Positions 37,867-48,056 of a stretch of DNA of 64,000 nucleotides are shown here, one piece after another. Origin of the DNA: a virus; IMG/VR virus record IMGVR_UViG_3300010883_000011, positions 1-64,000 of that record. One strand, 5' to 3'. A model generated the notes under the pieces. The model worked only from the letters and a program-made list of their open reading frames with translations. It was not told where the DNA came from and made no database searches. Position 1 is the first letter of the stretch; each line of letters starts with the position of its first letter. A program made the position numbers and the translations under genes.

Positions 37867-40800
37867 TGCCAACGACTCCAGGACCACAGCAGTTCTTCAT
37901 TATGCCTGACCCCTATTTAGTGGGGAAAGACAATGTGACGGCTTTCACCAACGCGTCGGGTTCGTACCCGGCACGGGCGGTGCCCGCGACGACGAATGAA
38001 GGATCTGGCTCCGCGTTCCTCACGGGCACCTACTCGACGCCAGCCGGTTTCAACATTCGTTGCATGGCGAGTGGGGGCGTCTATTCCGGTGGAACATGGG
38101 GATGGAAAGGCTCAAAGGAAACGCCGACGCAAACCTATGTCGCGGTCGATTACAACTCCTACCGCGCAGGCGAATCGGTTGATAGCTTTTTCTATAACTG
38201 GACGGGCTATTGGCGTGGCATGAATGACCTTCGGTATGGTCATGCGTACAACCCGCCAACCTTCACCACCGGAATCGTTCCATACACCGAAAAGTGGTAC
38301 AGCCTGGACGGGTGCTACATCCCGCATCTTCGGCGCGAAATCTACTACATTACGCAATCGTCACTGACCATCACTGCGGCTTATCGCGATGAACCGCATG
38401 TTCCTGGCAACGAGGAAAACTGGACAGTCAAGAACATCACCATCGCAGATACAGGGAACGATTTTTTCGTCGATGAAACCTACCTGGGACGACCGGATTC
38501 CTTTTTCGCAGTTTGCGTATTGCGGGATGGAAAACTACGCATGGCGACGCGCCGTGGTTCAGACATCGACATCTACGAAAGCACGGATGGTCTATCGTGG
38601 TCGAAGATCGCTGATGACATCGTAAACAGGTTCACGACGACACAGTGCCGTCAAGTAGAGCAGGTCTGTCTGGCTGCAAGCGGTGACTGGCTGCGTTTGT
38701 GCTGGGTAGACCACCACAAGGCGGCTTCTGCACCAACAAGCACCTACCCTGTAAGAACCCTAATCAGCGCAGATCGTGGAGCATCTTGGGTAGAGGTAAA
38801 CAACCCGGATGGGGCAGGGGAGATTTTCCCGTTTGAGATTGGTCGTGTCGCGAATCCATATTGCTATACGCTTGTTGCTGCTGACGACGACGCGGGTACC
38901 TTCATTCTGTACGCTGGACAAAGCACAAGCGCGTGTACCGTCTACACAGCGACTCGTGACGAGTCTTGGCTGGAGGCCCCGGAAATAGGTGGGTCGTCTG
39001 GTGTTCTGTTAGTGCATCCCTATTCTGTGGCCTACAACGCTGGCGGGGCGAGAGGGGCGGGCTGGATTTATTTCGTGCGTCATCAGCGCAACTTTGGGAC
39101 GGATTGGGCCAGGAGTGACCAAACCGGGCAAGGTAGCTCTATAGCCCACGCTTGGGACAGCCCGTCCACGGTGGCCTTTTCTGGGTGGGACGATGGCGAC
39201 ACGCTTGAAGTCTGGTTGGTGGACCCGGCAAATATTCGTAGTGCCAAGGGTTGGAAGCGTCTGAAGCAAGACAACAACCACAATGTCTGGGTGCCACGCG
39301 ACAAGTGCAACATCACAGTTGTGAACTGTGGTTCCTACATGGGGATCTCCTGGTCAAACCTGGACAACTTCGCTTATACGCAGGACAACGAGGGTAACTA
39401 TATCGCGTCGGGCGGGTATTTCCGTCTTGGTGGGTGGGATACGCGCCCCATCAAAGAAGCGTTCTCTCCCAAATTCAGTCCGCCTGCTGTCGAGGAAGGT
39501 ATCGCTCTAATGGGCGGTGCTGGGAACATTATTCCTCACCAACCAGGGCATGATCTTTACCGCATCAAGTGGTTCGCGTCGATGGGTATGCCATCGGCTG
39601 GTGGCGACAACTACCCGCTCCCAAATGCGCTCGGTACGATTTACCACGGATGGCCGTGGGAGGAAGTATTGACAGCAGGCGCGGGCGGCTTCGCCTCGAA
39701 TCCTGCCCATCTGTTGATCTACAGCGATACCGTCGTGGGTGGCGGTGACTATCAGTATTTCAAATATAACGGAGCCGAGTCCAACTCACGCGAATCGAAT
39801 AGCTGGACTACTACCAGCACCATAAACGACGCCCCCGGTGGCTCCTGCATCGAATGGGTCTTCAACATGAATGCGGGCGGTGATTGTACTCGTGACGAAG
39901 TTGCCCTAAAAGTGCGCGGGACACCCTGGGCGTGGGGTGGAAGCAACACACACGTCATGATTGAGGCGTACCACGATTCGGGTTGCGTAGCGGTGTGGGA
40001 CACCAGTGCCACTACAGAAGCCACAGCTACAGTCACAGTCGCGGACCCCCTAACTGCCGCTCCCGCAGACAAGATCACTATCGGCGGTATCGACTTGGTG
40101 GGTGTGGTCGGTCCAAGCCTGTTGGCCGACCAGTTTATGGTTGGTGCGAGTGCTGCCGCTTGTGCAACGAATATGGCGAGCGCCATCAATACCGCGACCA
40201 ACAGTTTCACATCTATAGCGACCGCAACATCTGTTGGGAAAGTCCTGACCCTAACCGCAGTACCCACCGGCACAAGCGGAAACTCAACAACCCTAACGGC
40301 TACCGTGGCGGTGGCTGGCGCTCTTGCTCCGTCTGGGGCTACATTTGCTGGCGGTCTTGATACTGCCATGCTCTTTGCCATCACGGGCGACATGGTGAAC
40401 TACTGGTGGACGTTCCGGTTAGTGTTCAGGCCGATCCCAGGCACGAGCGGCACCACTGACGATACGCAGGTGTATTTCGCAGCACGCCGGAACGACCAGA
40501 CATATTGGCGATCTAAGAAGACCGTTGTAACGCCCGCAACTGGTGTCAACCGAATCTCGCAGCACATCTCGTTCGGTCATCACGGTCTGGGGACGGGTGG
40601 AGCCGCCGGCCAGAACATGAGTCGCTGGAAGTCTGTTTCTGTCCTGGGGTTCAGCGATTGTGTGCAGACTGTTGGGACCACCGCTGCCCTATCGGCCCTG
40701 TGGACAACACCAGACAACACACGCGGCCAACTGATGGTTCAAGACCCGGTCTATATCGAGAGTGGGGCGAACGCCCATTGGGTCGGGTTGGGGACATTTG

Positions 40801-41834
40801 AGAACGACCATTTTCTGGCAGAACCGGAGTACAACTTCCATCCAGGCAACGTGTTCCTTCAAAGCCCGCGTGTCCAGTGGCGTTCTACCTCTGACGGTTC
40901 AACCGCATTTGTGGGTTTCCAGGCAGCGTCCGGCAACACCTACCTTTCTTTTGACCACAACGCGTGCGCGGTATTTGGGACTAACGTACCGGAAATCACG
41001 GTTCAGTACGACACCGACTCAACCTTTGCCTCACCACCAGCGACGTTCACGTTGGATGCGAAACTCTACGATGGTCTACGGATCGCATCTTCTGGATATC
41101 AGAAGATCGTTCTGGACACCGGAAACGCCTCGCTACCCTCCGATGGTGAACTGGTTTCGGGTATGCCTCGCCGCACCAGAAACGCGCCAAGTACCACCTA
41201 CATCAAAATTACAACCGGGTCCTACAGCGGAAAGGTGTACCGGATCATGCGACAAGTCGGTCAAACGACTCTTCACATCGATGATGTTGGAACCCCGTTT
41301 GCATCACTCGCGGGTCAAAGCTGCTTGATCTTCGGTGACCGGGCGTCTGTCGTTTATGGTAGCGGTGTTGATTCATACCCGTACATGCGTCTGTCGATAA
41401 CCGCGACAGAGACTGCGGAGGACTACTACAAAATCGGAACGGTAGTCGCGGGGATCTCGCTGCCCATTTCGGTTCCGATGGATTGGGCATTCCAAAACGC
41501 GCAGCAGCCAAACATCACCGAATACAGAACAAGAAGCGCGGTGAGGTGGGGGTTTGTAGAGGGGCCGCCTCAACGCGTAATCAGTGGGCGCGTGATCGGC
41601 GATGTCCAACAATGGCGCGTAAAGTTCAGGCGCTTGCTACAACAAACAGCGGAGTATTCCAATCGATGTCTCGCGTTGTGTCTGGATGACCAGCAGCTAA
41701 ACCATCAGGACTCATTGATTCTTGGCTATGTCTCAAGCGGCGGCGATCTGGACAATGCCGCATGGTACCTGGACAGTGCTGGCACCTGGAGGTCCGCTGG
41801 GGATATCTCAATCCAGTTTGACGAGGATGTGTAA
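37866..41834 (+). CDS. Large minor tail / tail-tip protein
   Basis: 1322 aa directly after TMP; Asp-box-like STDGLSW and SADRGASW. Confidence 0.65.
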   Translation: MPTTPGPQQFFIMPDPYLVGKDNVTAFTNASGSYPARAVPATTNEGSGSAFLTGTYSTPAGFNIRCMASGGVYSGGTWGWKGSKETPTQTYVAVDYNSYRAGESVDSFFYNWTGYWRGMNDLRYGHAYNPPTFTTGIVPYTEKWYSLDGCYIPHLRREIYYITQSSLTITAAYRDEPHVPGNEENWTVKNITIADTGNDFFVDETYLGRPDSFFAVCVLRDGKLRMATRRGSDIDIYESTDGLSWSKIADDIVNRFTTTQCRQVEQVCLAASGDWLRLCWVDHHKAASAPTSTYPVRTLISADRGASWVEVNNPDGAGEIFPFEIGRVANPYCYTLVAADDDAGTFILYAGQSTSACTVYTATRDESWLEAPEIGGSSGVLLVHPYSVAYNAGGARGAGWIYFVRHQRNFGTDWARSDQTGQGSSIAHAWDSPSTVAFSGWDDGDTLEVWLVDPANIRSAKGWKRLKQDNNHNVWVPRDKCNITVVNCGSYMGISWSNLDNFAYTQDNEGNYIASGGYFRLGGWDTRPIKEAFSPKFSPPAVEEGIALMGGAGNIIPHQPGHDLYRIKWFASMGMPSAGGDNYPLPNALGTIYHGWPWEEVLTAGAGGFASNPAHLLIYSDTVVGGGDYQYFKYNGAESNSRESNSWTTTSTINDAPGGSCIEWVFNMNAGGDCTRDEVALKVRGTPWAWGGSNTHVMIEAYHDSGCVAVWDTSATTEATATVTVADPLTAAPADKITIGGIDLVGVVGPSLLADQFMVGASAAACATNMASAINTATNSFTSIATATSVGKVLTLTAVPTGTSGNSTTLTATVAVAGALAPSGATFAGGLDTAMLFAITGDMVNYWWTFRLVFRPIPGTSGTTDDTQVYFAARRNDQTYWRSKKTVVTPATGVNRISQHISFGHHGLGTGGAAGQNMSRWKSVSVLGFSDCVQTVGTTAALSALWTTPDNTRGQLMVQDPVYIESGANAHWVGLGTFENDHFLAEPEYNFHPGNVFLQSPRVQWRSTSDGSTAFVGFQAASGNTYLSFDHNACAVFGTNVPEITVQYDTDSTFASPPATFTLDAKLYDGLRIASSGYQKIVLDTGNASLPSDGELVSGMPRRTRNAPSTTYIKITTGSYSGKVYRIMRQVGQTTLHIDDVGTPFASLAGQSCLIFGDRASVVYGSGVDSYPYMRLSITATETAEDYYKIGTVVAGISLPISVPMDWAFQNAQQPNITEYRTRSAVRWGFVEGPPQRVISGRVIGDVQQWRVKFRRLLQQTAEYSNRCLALCLDDQQLNHQDSLILGYVSSGGDLDNAAWYLDSAGTWRSAGDISIQFDEDV

Positions 41835-43612
41835 TGGCGACAACTCCCGCGAATAGGCGAGGGGCTATCGTCGAACAATGGAGGGAGCGTTGGTATGGAC
41901 CGCATGGTCGCTTCAATAGCGACTGGACGCTGATCCTCAACGAAGACCCGGTTCTAGACACTGTTTCTATGTGTATTGATCTGGTGTTCGGGCCAAACAT
42001 ACGTCTACGCGTCTCGACTAAGCCGCTCACCCTCAAGGACGTTCTTCGGACAGGTGATCCGAAACGTGGCTATCTCCCGTTATTGATGGAGGAGCCATCT
42101 ATCACGATGGACTACTCTATCGGAAGTGGCGCGGCATCCTTGCGTTCATTTAGTATCAGCGTGAGCGAGCAGCTTCTCGATCCGTGGGACATCATTCGAA
42201 AGGGAGGGATGCTCGCTGGTTGGGCAGAGGTATTCCTGGCTCAAGACGGAATGAACTTTGAAGATCGATTCGTCATAATGCGTGGAGACATGGCGGGGGG
42301 AATCACGTTCGGTGGGGTAGACGAAATGCTGGAAGTCGAGATCGTAGATCCATCACTCACCATCGACTACAGCATCACGCCCTATGTCTGTTATCGTAAA
42401 AATGAAACCTCTACATCAATGCCAGACGCCAACTTCGGTGACCTTCCAGACGAGGCTGTTGGGCAACGCTTTCCGTTGATCATAAATGGCTATCCCTTCA
42501 CGGAGTGTCTGCGTCTTGATAGGTCGGACTATCCGATGTTCATGGCCTGCCTTGGAACCAAATTTGCCAGCACGACGCTCTATATAGACGGGGTTGTCAG
42601 TGGAAGTTTGTCGCTTTCGGCATCAACATCACTGGATGGCATCGTGTTTCTTTCTGTGCAGTCTTCTGCGGCCATGCCGCTTGACGACACACAAACCGTT
42701 CACGCGAGCCTTGTTGCTACCGACGACCCAAAAGACGCCATTGACTGTATTCGCTACTTAGTGGAGACATGGAGCCTTATGGGCCCCGCTGGAACCAATG
42801 ACGAATTGTTCGAATTGGCGAAGGCGAAATTCCCAGCCACCGGGTACCCATTCATTCTCATAAATGGTTCCAGCACAAATAATGGCGCGAAGGCGCTTGA
42901 GTACATTGAGTCTACGTTGTGTGGCGAATTTCCGATGATAAGCATGACTTATTTTGGGGGAGGCTACGGTCCCATCGTGACGGACAGACGTAGCAAGTTG
43001 ATTCGCGGGCGATTTGTCGTTGGGCAGTATCCATTCGTTGACCGCAATACCGCGTTTCAAGAAACCTCTAAGAGTGAACTCTACAACCGTTTCGTTATCA
43101 AGTATAAATACAACGCGATGGACGATACCTGGGGTGGGGCTATCGTGCGCGACCCGTCAAACAGCAGCTTCTGTTTGTTGTCAGAGGCTATGACAGGGCC
43201 ACGCGACTACGCAACAATGGAATGCATCACTGTTCATGATGACAGCACGGCTGGCTACATAGCGGATTGGCTCGTGACACACTTCGCGGTTCCGAGCTAC
43301 TACGTCGAATATGATTGCTACGGTGGGGCGCTCATGGCTTTACGCCTTGGCGACAACATCAAGATCCTTGAGCCAGACATTCACGAAACCGATTATCTGG
43401 ATGCGACTGTCGAGAAGATAGAATACTCCTCCGGTAAATGCGTCGTTGGAATCAGGCTGTGGGTTCTCTACCCGGATCTTGGAGGAGCCTCGACTACTGG
43501 TCTAACCATTGGTGGAAAAGAAGAAGAAGACGAAGAGGGGGTAGGGGGTGAGGAAAAGAAAGCGCAAGAAGTCGATGAATACATCACCGGAGACTGGTTC
43601 ACGGGGTGGTAA
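41834..43612 (+). CDS. Minor tail protein (hub/Tal-like)
   Basis: Coupled to previous gene; YNRFVIKY, LRLGD.I.I. Confidence 0.6.
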   Translation: MATTPANRRGAIVEQWRERWYGPHGRFNSDWTLILNEDPVLDTVSMCIDLVFGPNIRLRVSTKPLTLKDVLRTGDPKRGYLPLLMEEPSITMDYSIGSGAASLRSFSISVSEQLLDPWDIIRKGGMLAGWAEVFLAQDGMNFEDRFVIMRGDMAGGITFGGVDEMLEVEIVDPSLTIDYSITPYVCYRKNETSTSMPDANFGDLPDEAVGQRFPLIINGYPFTECLRLDRSDYPMFMACLGTKFASTTLYIDGVVSGSLSLSASTSLDGIVFLSVQSSAAMPLDDTQTVHASLVATDDPKDAIDCIRYLVETWSLMGPAGTNDELFELAKAKFPATGYPFILINGSSTNNGAKALEYIESTLCGEFPMISMTYFGGGYGPIVTDRRSKLIRGRFVVGQYPFVDRNTAFQETSKSELYNRFVIKYKYNAMDDTWGGAIVRDPSNSSFCLLSEAMTGPRDYATMECITVHDDSTAGYIADWLVTHFAVPSYYVEYDCYGGALMALRLGDNIKILEPDIHETDYLDATVEKIEYSSGKCVVGIRLWVLYPDLGGASTTGLTIGGKEEEDEEGVGGEEKKAQEVDEYITGDWFTGW

Positions 43613-43947
43613 TGACTGAACGGAAAAAAACTCTTCTTCTGATAGCCGCGATTATTTTGGTCGTCGTAGCGGTCATGGCGGCGGTTTTCGGGTTCGGGTG
43701 GCAGTCTGGGGCGGCAATCGGGGCTGCGGCTGGCGCTCGCCTTGTCGCTGGAAACGTCAAAGCAGCCAACGAGGTTGAAAATGCGCTGAAAGAAACATCC
43801 GATGCACTAAAGGCAATAGCGGCTACAACAACAGAGGCGGATGAGAGCATTCGTTTGTTGCACGCAGAGATTGACGAAATGAGTCCAGAAGAAAAAATCG
43901 CACTTGCCAGCAAGGTACTAAACCGTGTCGAGCAGGACGCGACATGA
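43606..43947 (+). CDS. Membrane protein with coiled coil
   Basis: N-terminal TM segment. Confidence 0.6.
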   Translation: MVMTERKKTLLLIAAIILVVVAVMAAVFGFGWQSGAAIGAAAGARLVAGNVKAANEVENALKETSDALKAIAATTTEADESIRLLHAEIDEMSPEEKIALASKVLNRVEQDAT

Positions 43948-44057
43948 AGTGCGTGATTCAACGAATCTGCTTTGAGTGCGACCACTGTTACATCGGAACG
44001 ATTTATTGTCCGAAGTGCTTCAAGGCTTCTGGTGAACCGTTACCGGTGACCTCTTGA
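43944..44057 (+). CDS. 37-aa zinc-finger mini-protein (not in ORF track)
   Basis: MKCVIQRICFECDHCYIGTIYCPKCFKASGEPLPVTS; ATGA and TTGA overlaps on both sides. Confidence 0.55.
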   Translation: MKCVIQRICFECDHCYIGTIYCPKCFKASGEPLPVTS

Positions 44058-44458
44058 TTCTGTTGATCGTTGTTGGGTCTGTTCTGGCCCAGGATGTTCC
44101 GGTGTTCGTGGATACCGGCGACAGTGTGACTGCTACCGTACCGTCATATCTATTGCCATCTCCGATGTTCGATCTGTGTTTGAAGAACACCGTAGCCGCG
44201 AACGATATTCTGCGTCCCGCTTTAGATGGATGCGAATCTACTTGCACGACCGCACTAACAGAGGCTCAAGAAGCCCTGGAGACTTGTCACGCAACCCTGG
44301 AAATTGACCGAGACGAGATTCTTGACATGAGCACTCATGTTCTGGGTCTGCAACGATCCGTTGCAACTCTAAAGCGTCAACGCAATACAGCGTGGGCAGT
44401 GGCTGGTGGTATCGTCGCAGGGGTTGGCGTCACTACATACGTTGTCTCCGTGCGATGA
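44054..44458 (+). CDS. Signal-peptide coiled-coil protein with C-terminal TM (lysis-accessory candidate)
   Basis: Hydrophobic ends around a coiled coil. Confidence 0.5.
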   Translation: MILLIVVGSVLAQDVPVFVDTGDSVTATVPSYLLPSPMFDLCLKNTVAANDILRPALDGCESTCTTALTEAQEALETCHATLEIDRDEILDMSTHVLGLQRSVATLKRQRNTAWAVAGGIVAGVGVTTYVVSVR

Positions 44459-44461
44459 TTT

Positions 44462-44947
44462 ATGGCAAAGCATCTTTTTCCACTTAGCTCTCTCTTCCAT
44501 GCGCTACATAGCGCCGTTATCGAGGCCACAAAAACGGCGAGGGAAACCGGCCTTGCGGCGTTGAAAGAAGACTACTTCGCTCAAGTCCACAACGAGGCTG
44601 GTGAGCCCACAGGAGTCTGGAAGGCCAAGACCATGACCATGACTCTTCCCACCCAGGAGAAGGGCAACGTCGAGCAACAACAGTATGACGTGCCACTGTT
44701 TGCAATGGTCAAACACCAATCAGTTGCGCTCGACACGCTCAAACTCGAATTCGACGTAGAGTTGCATGGCCTATCACCGACCGATGACGACGCCGAGTCA
44801 GTGTCAAGCTATATGGTCGCGTGTACCCCGACGGGGGCGTTCAGTAGAAAGACTGTCGCAAAAGTCGAAGTTACATTCAAAGGTGAAGACCCGTGTGAGG
44901 GGATTATGCGAATCAATGATAAGATCCTCAAAACCTTTCCAGTTTAG
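44462..44947 (+). CDS. DUF2589-like protein
   Basis: VPLFAMV....LDTLKLEFDV and PCEG.MRI, paralogous to next gene. Confidence 0.7.
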   Translation: MAKHLFPLSSLFHALHSAVIEATKTARETGLAALKEDYFAQVHNEAGEPTGVWKAKTMTMTLPTQEKGNVEQQQYDVPLFAMVKHQSVALDTLKLEFDVELHGLSPTDDDAESVSSYMVACTPTGAFSRKTVAKVEVTFKGEDPCEGIMRINDKILKTFPV

Positions 44948-44956
44948 GAGTACAAC

Positions 44957-45565
44957 ATGGCTGATGGTCTTGTGAGTATGAGTAGCCAGTTTTCCGGTCT
45001 TCCCATGAAGGACTTGATCGGAGGCCCGCTACAGGCGGCGTGTGATGCACAGACATTGCTGGCAAACGCCAGTGCGAACTTCATCAAAGAGATCGGGCTT
45101 GAGGCGGGAGCGGACGGCTCGTACTCGGCGCGTACAGTAGACTTTGGTTTCACCCGCCCCAAGCAGTTGCCAGACGGAACCGTTGGTCAGGAAAAGGTAG
45201 ACCTTGAGGTACCGCTGCTGGCTATCATCAATACACCCTCTCTTTCCGTGAAAGAAGCCGAAGTCAACTTCACCATGAGTGTGTCTTCAAGCACAAGTGA
45301 TGAGAGCACCACAGACAAAGAAGCTGATTTCGACGCTACCGCAAAGTTGAACTATGGGATCTTCTCGATGAAGGTTCATATTCACGGGCATGTAGCTTCT
45401 CATAGTGCCCATACACGCAAGTCCGACAACAGCGCGAAGTACGATGTTCGGGTTGTTGCGCGAGACGATGGACCCCCCGAAGGTTTGATGAAGGTTCTCG
45501 ACATGCTGAACGGTGCTATCGCCCCTACTGCTGTGTCAGCCGATCCCCCGCCACCCACCAAGTAG
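44957..45565 (+). CDS. DUF2589-like protein
   Basis: F.GLPM.DLIGGPL.AACDAQ, VPLLAI..PSL, DNSAKY, PPEGL.KVLD. Confidence 0.8.
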   Translation: MADGLVSMSSQFSGLPMKDLIGGPLQAACDAQTLLANASANFIKEIGLEAGADGSYSARTVDFGFTRPKQLPDGTVGQEKVDLEVPLLAIINTPSLSVKEAEVNFTMSVSSSTSDESTTDKEADFDATAKLNYGIFSMKVHIHGHVASHSAHTRKSDNSAKYDVRVVARDDGPPEGLMKVLDMLNGAIAPTAVSADPPPPTK

Positions 45566-45568
45566 AAC

Positions 45569-45865
45569 ATGGACCCTGTCTCTTTATTGCCATCACTGAT
45601 TGGTTCAGAAAACAAGAACCCGCATTTAGCAGAGCTTATCTCGGTCGCGAACACGCAGCAGGTTGACGCCATTCGTGCCGTGATTCGGGAAGCGTATGAC
45701 CAGGGGCGGAAGGATTCCGACCGGTATGCTGCGTCCTTTGTGGGACTGGTTCTGAACGTCATGCTCGGTGCCGAGACGCCGGACGAGGAGGACACTGAAC
45801 GCGTGTCTCTACGCAGACAGGGTATTCGTCAGGTGGTTCGTTTATTCCGACCAGAGATTCGTTGA
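45569..45865 (+). CDS. Hypothetical protein
   Basis: Fills gap exactly up to convergent gene. Confidence 0.55.
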   Translation: MDPVSLLPSLIGSENKNPHLAELISVANTQQVDAIRAVIREAYDQGRKDSDRYAASFVGLVLNVMLGAETPDEEDTERVSLRRQGIRQVVRLFRPEIR

Positions 45866-46477
45866 CTACTTGATGATTTTACGCAAAACAGCGATATCGT
45901 AGCCACCACTCTCAACGGCTCCGGTCTTGTGGTCAATGAGTTTCCAACTACGCAGAATCCAAATACGGTTCCGGTTGTCGAGATAAGTTTTCACCTCCAT
46001 GAGAGGTGTGCCGTCGTGGCACTTGATTTCGAAGATCTCTTGAAAGTTCAAGCCGAAATCGACCTGTTTTAGTTCAAGTCTTTTGATCAATGCACAGGCA
46101 CCATCCATTGAGACAGGGGCATAGACAGAGCCGTAAATATCTTGTTCAAGGTTCAATGGGGTCAGAAGGGAGGATGGAGATGTACCATGAAACTCATAGC
46201 CCTTTTTGAGTTTGGACTTTGCTCGCTTGATTCCTACGTCGGCCTCAACATATTGCATGGTCTGCTTGGCCCCAAGCGCACCGAATGAGACATACGACTG
46301 CCCTGCTGGCAGGTATACGAAGCTCCATCTTTTACGCGAATGCCCGCCATCGACTGTCGGATTCGCGCCAACATAAATGAGCGTGACATACCACCCATTC
46401 TGGGGTCGCTGCTCATAAAGACGAAGGGCACTTTCCATTGAAGACATGGATGCCCCTGGTAGGGTCTGTTTTGCCAT
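45866..46477 (-). CDS. WGR-domain-like protein
   Basis: S.K.W...V.FGALG...Q...KLKKGY. Confidence 0.55.
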   Translation of the reverse strand: MAKQTLPGASMSSMESALRLYEQRPQNGWYVTLIYVGANPTVDGGHSRKRWSFVYLPAGQSYVSFGALGAKQTMQYVEADVGIKRAKSKLKKGYEFHGTSPSSLLTPLNLEQDIYGSVYAPVSMDGACALIKRLELKQVDFGLNFQEIFEIKCHDGTPLMEVKTYLDNRNRIWILRSWKLIDHKTGAVESGGYDIAVLRKIIK

Positions 46478-46535
46478 CGATCTGCCCGTGTGGTGTAGTT
46501 TGTTATAGCCACACGACCAAAAGGCATTCCGTTCT

Positions 46536-47951
46536 CTAAGGGGTGCTGGACCCTATCAGGCTAACCCTATACGGCTCTCCCCAATCAAGCAGCCGCCAAC
46601 CGGGTCGCCTACCAAATCTGCCCCCTGCAAACGCGGATTGATCGACGATTCCGCCAGTACACCCCATTTCCCCAAGGTAGTCGAGCGATCCCTTTCCAAG
46701 ATCGTTCAACCACTTGCGGGTACGCCAAGAGCGGAAGAACGGTTCTGGGTCTTTGGGGTTAGCCAATTCGTACCAAATCTGGATTCCATTGGGACTTGTT
46801 CTCACGGACGCAAACTTGCCAGACAGCTTGTTGTCTCGCTCCGCTACAGCAGCTACCCACGAAATGAACTTCCTTTTGCCGTACATAATCGGCGTGCGGT
46901 CTAAGTTGTCCAAATCCATGAGAACCCACCTTTGCCGGGTGGCCTTGAAACGAGACGGGACAAACACTTCTCGCTGCCCACGCTGAAAAGATCTCCACGA
47001 AGACGCCCTCATCTCACTTACAGAAACAAGACGGTCAGGAAGGAAGGTTGTTGGTGTGTTGTCATGCCACCCTGTCGCATAGTAAGCGGAAGCAGAGTAA
47101 GCACGGCGCTCCGCGGCCTCGCCACATCGGTCGGCCCACTTGAGCGTTTCCAGGAGTCCCCCTTTGGCGTAGTCCCCCACCAAACCAGCCGGGGACAACC
47201 TTCCCAACACGACCCGACCGGGTGAACCCACCTTCCCCAAAGCCCCCTGATTATGTATTCCATCAATAGGTGAGTACGAATTCACGGGCTGGAGGTTTTC
47301 TGCGGCACTTTTGGCCGCTCTTGAGAGTCGTGCTTCCCAGGATACCCCATCGTGTGAAAGACGAATGAAGGCAGAAAGTCGCTTGGCTCCTACATGACAA
47401 GCCATGCAGACGCCGTAGCCGGTGCGTGGATCATCCTGGTTGATATTGATCAACATGCTCGGAGTGTTGTCTTCGTGCCAGGGGCAGTGCGCCACCAATC
47501 GGTTGCGTCCCCGGACAACCCGAAGAGGGGTCCAGTCAACTTCGCTGATATCTGGTGACGGTGGATACCAGAGCCCGTTTACGATCATCCACTCCGCAAA
47601 CTCTTGTAGCTGCTGATGGACGCCCTCCTCAAAGAGAAGGTGTTGTCCCCATTTGCCACCTTTTCGAATCTGGCGTGGCATGAAGCCCAGCCGTTCGATC
47701 TTGTTCCGGTGTATGGGGTGCCAGGGAAGCCGAGACGAGGTGATATGCCATGCCGAATTGGCGCTTCCGTAGCTGACCTCTGCAAGTCGTTGGAGGTATC
47801 CAATCGACAACTCAACGTAGACTTGTCCATCGTGGAGTTGGTGCGGATGGGTAGCAAGACGCCAAAGTAGGGCGCGACACGCAATAGATACGGCAGGTCT
47901 GGATGATGTTTCTGCTATGATTGACAGAGCAGAATCTGCCACTTTCGCCAC
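46536..47951 (-). CDS. CHC2 zinc finger plus AEP/primase-like domain protein
   Basis: CPWHEDNTPSM...CMAC; VLMDLD and RTSPNGIQIW. Confidence 0.6.
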   Translation of the reverse strand: MAKVADSALSIIAETSSRPAVSIACRALLWRLATHPHQLHDGQVYVELSIGYLQRLAEVSYGSANSAWHITSSRLPWHPIHRNKIERLGFMPRQIRKGGKWGQHLLFEEGVHQQLQEFAEWMIVNGLWYPPSPDISEVDWTPLRVVRGRNRLVAHCPWHEDNTPSMLININQDDPRTGYGVCMACHVGAKRLSAFIRLSHDGVSWEARLSRAAKSAAENLQPVNSYSPIDGIHNQGALGKVGSPGRVVLGRLSPAGLVGDYAKGGLLETLKWADRCGEAAERRAYSASAYYATGWHDNTPTTFLPDRLVSVSEMRASSWRSFQRGQREVFVPSRFKATRQRWVLMDLDNLDRTPIMYGKRKFISWVAAVAERDNKLSGKFASVRTSPNGIQIWYELANPKDPEPFFRSWRTRKWLNDLGKGSLDYLGEMGCTGGIVDQSAFAGGRFGRRPGWRLLDWGEPYRVSLIGSSTP

Positions 47952-48056
47952 TGATGCGCTCCTGTTGGTGTGATGGGGGTTTACGTCATCGTCCAGTTAT
48001 AGGACGTTCTGGCGTGAATCGCCAAGACACAAAGTTAGTCGAAGAGAGTACCCTAA

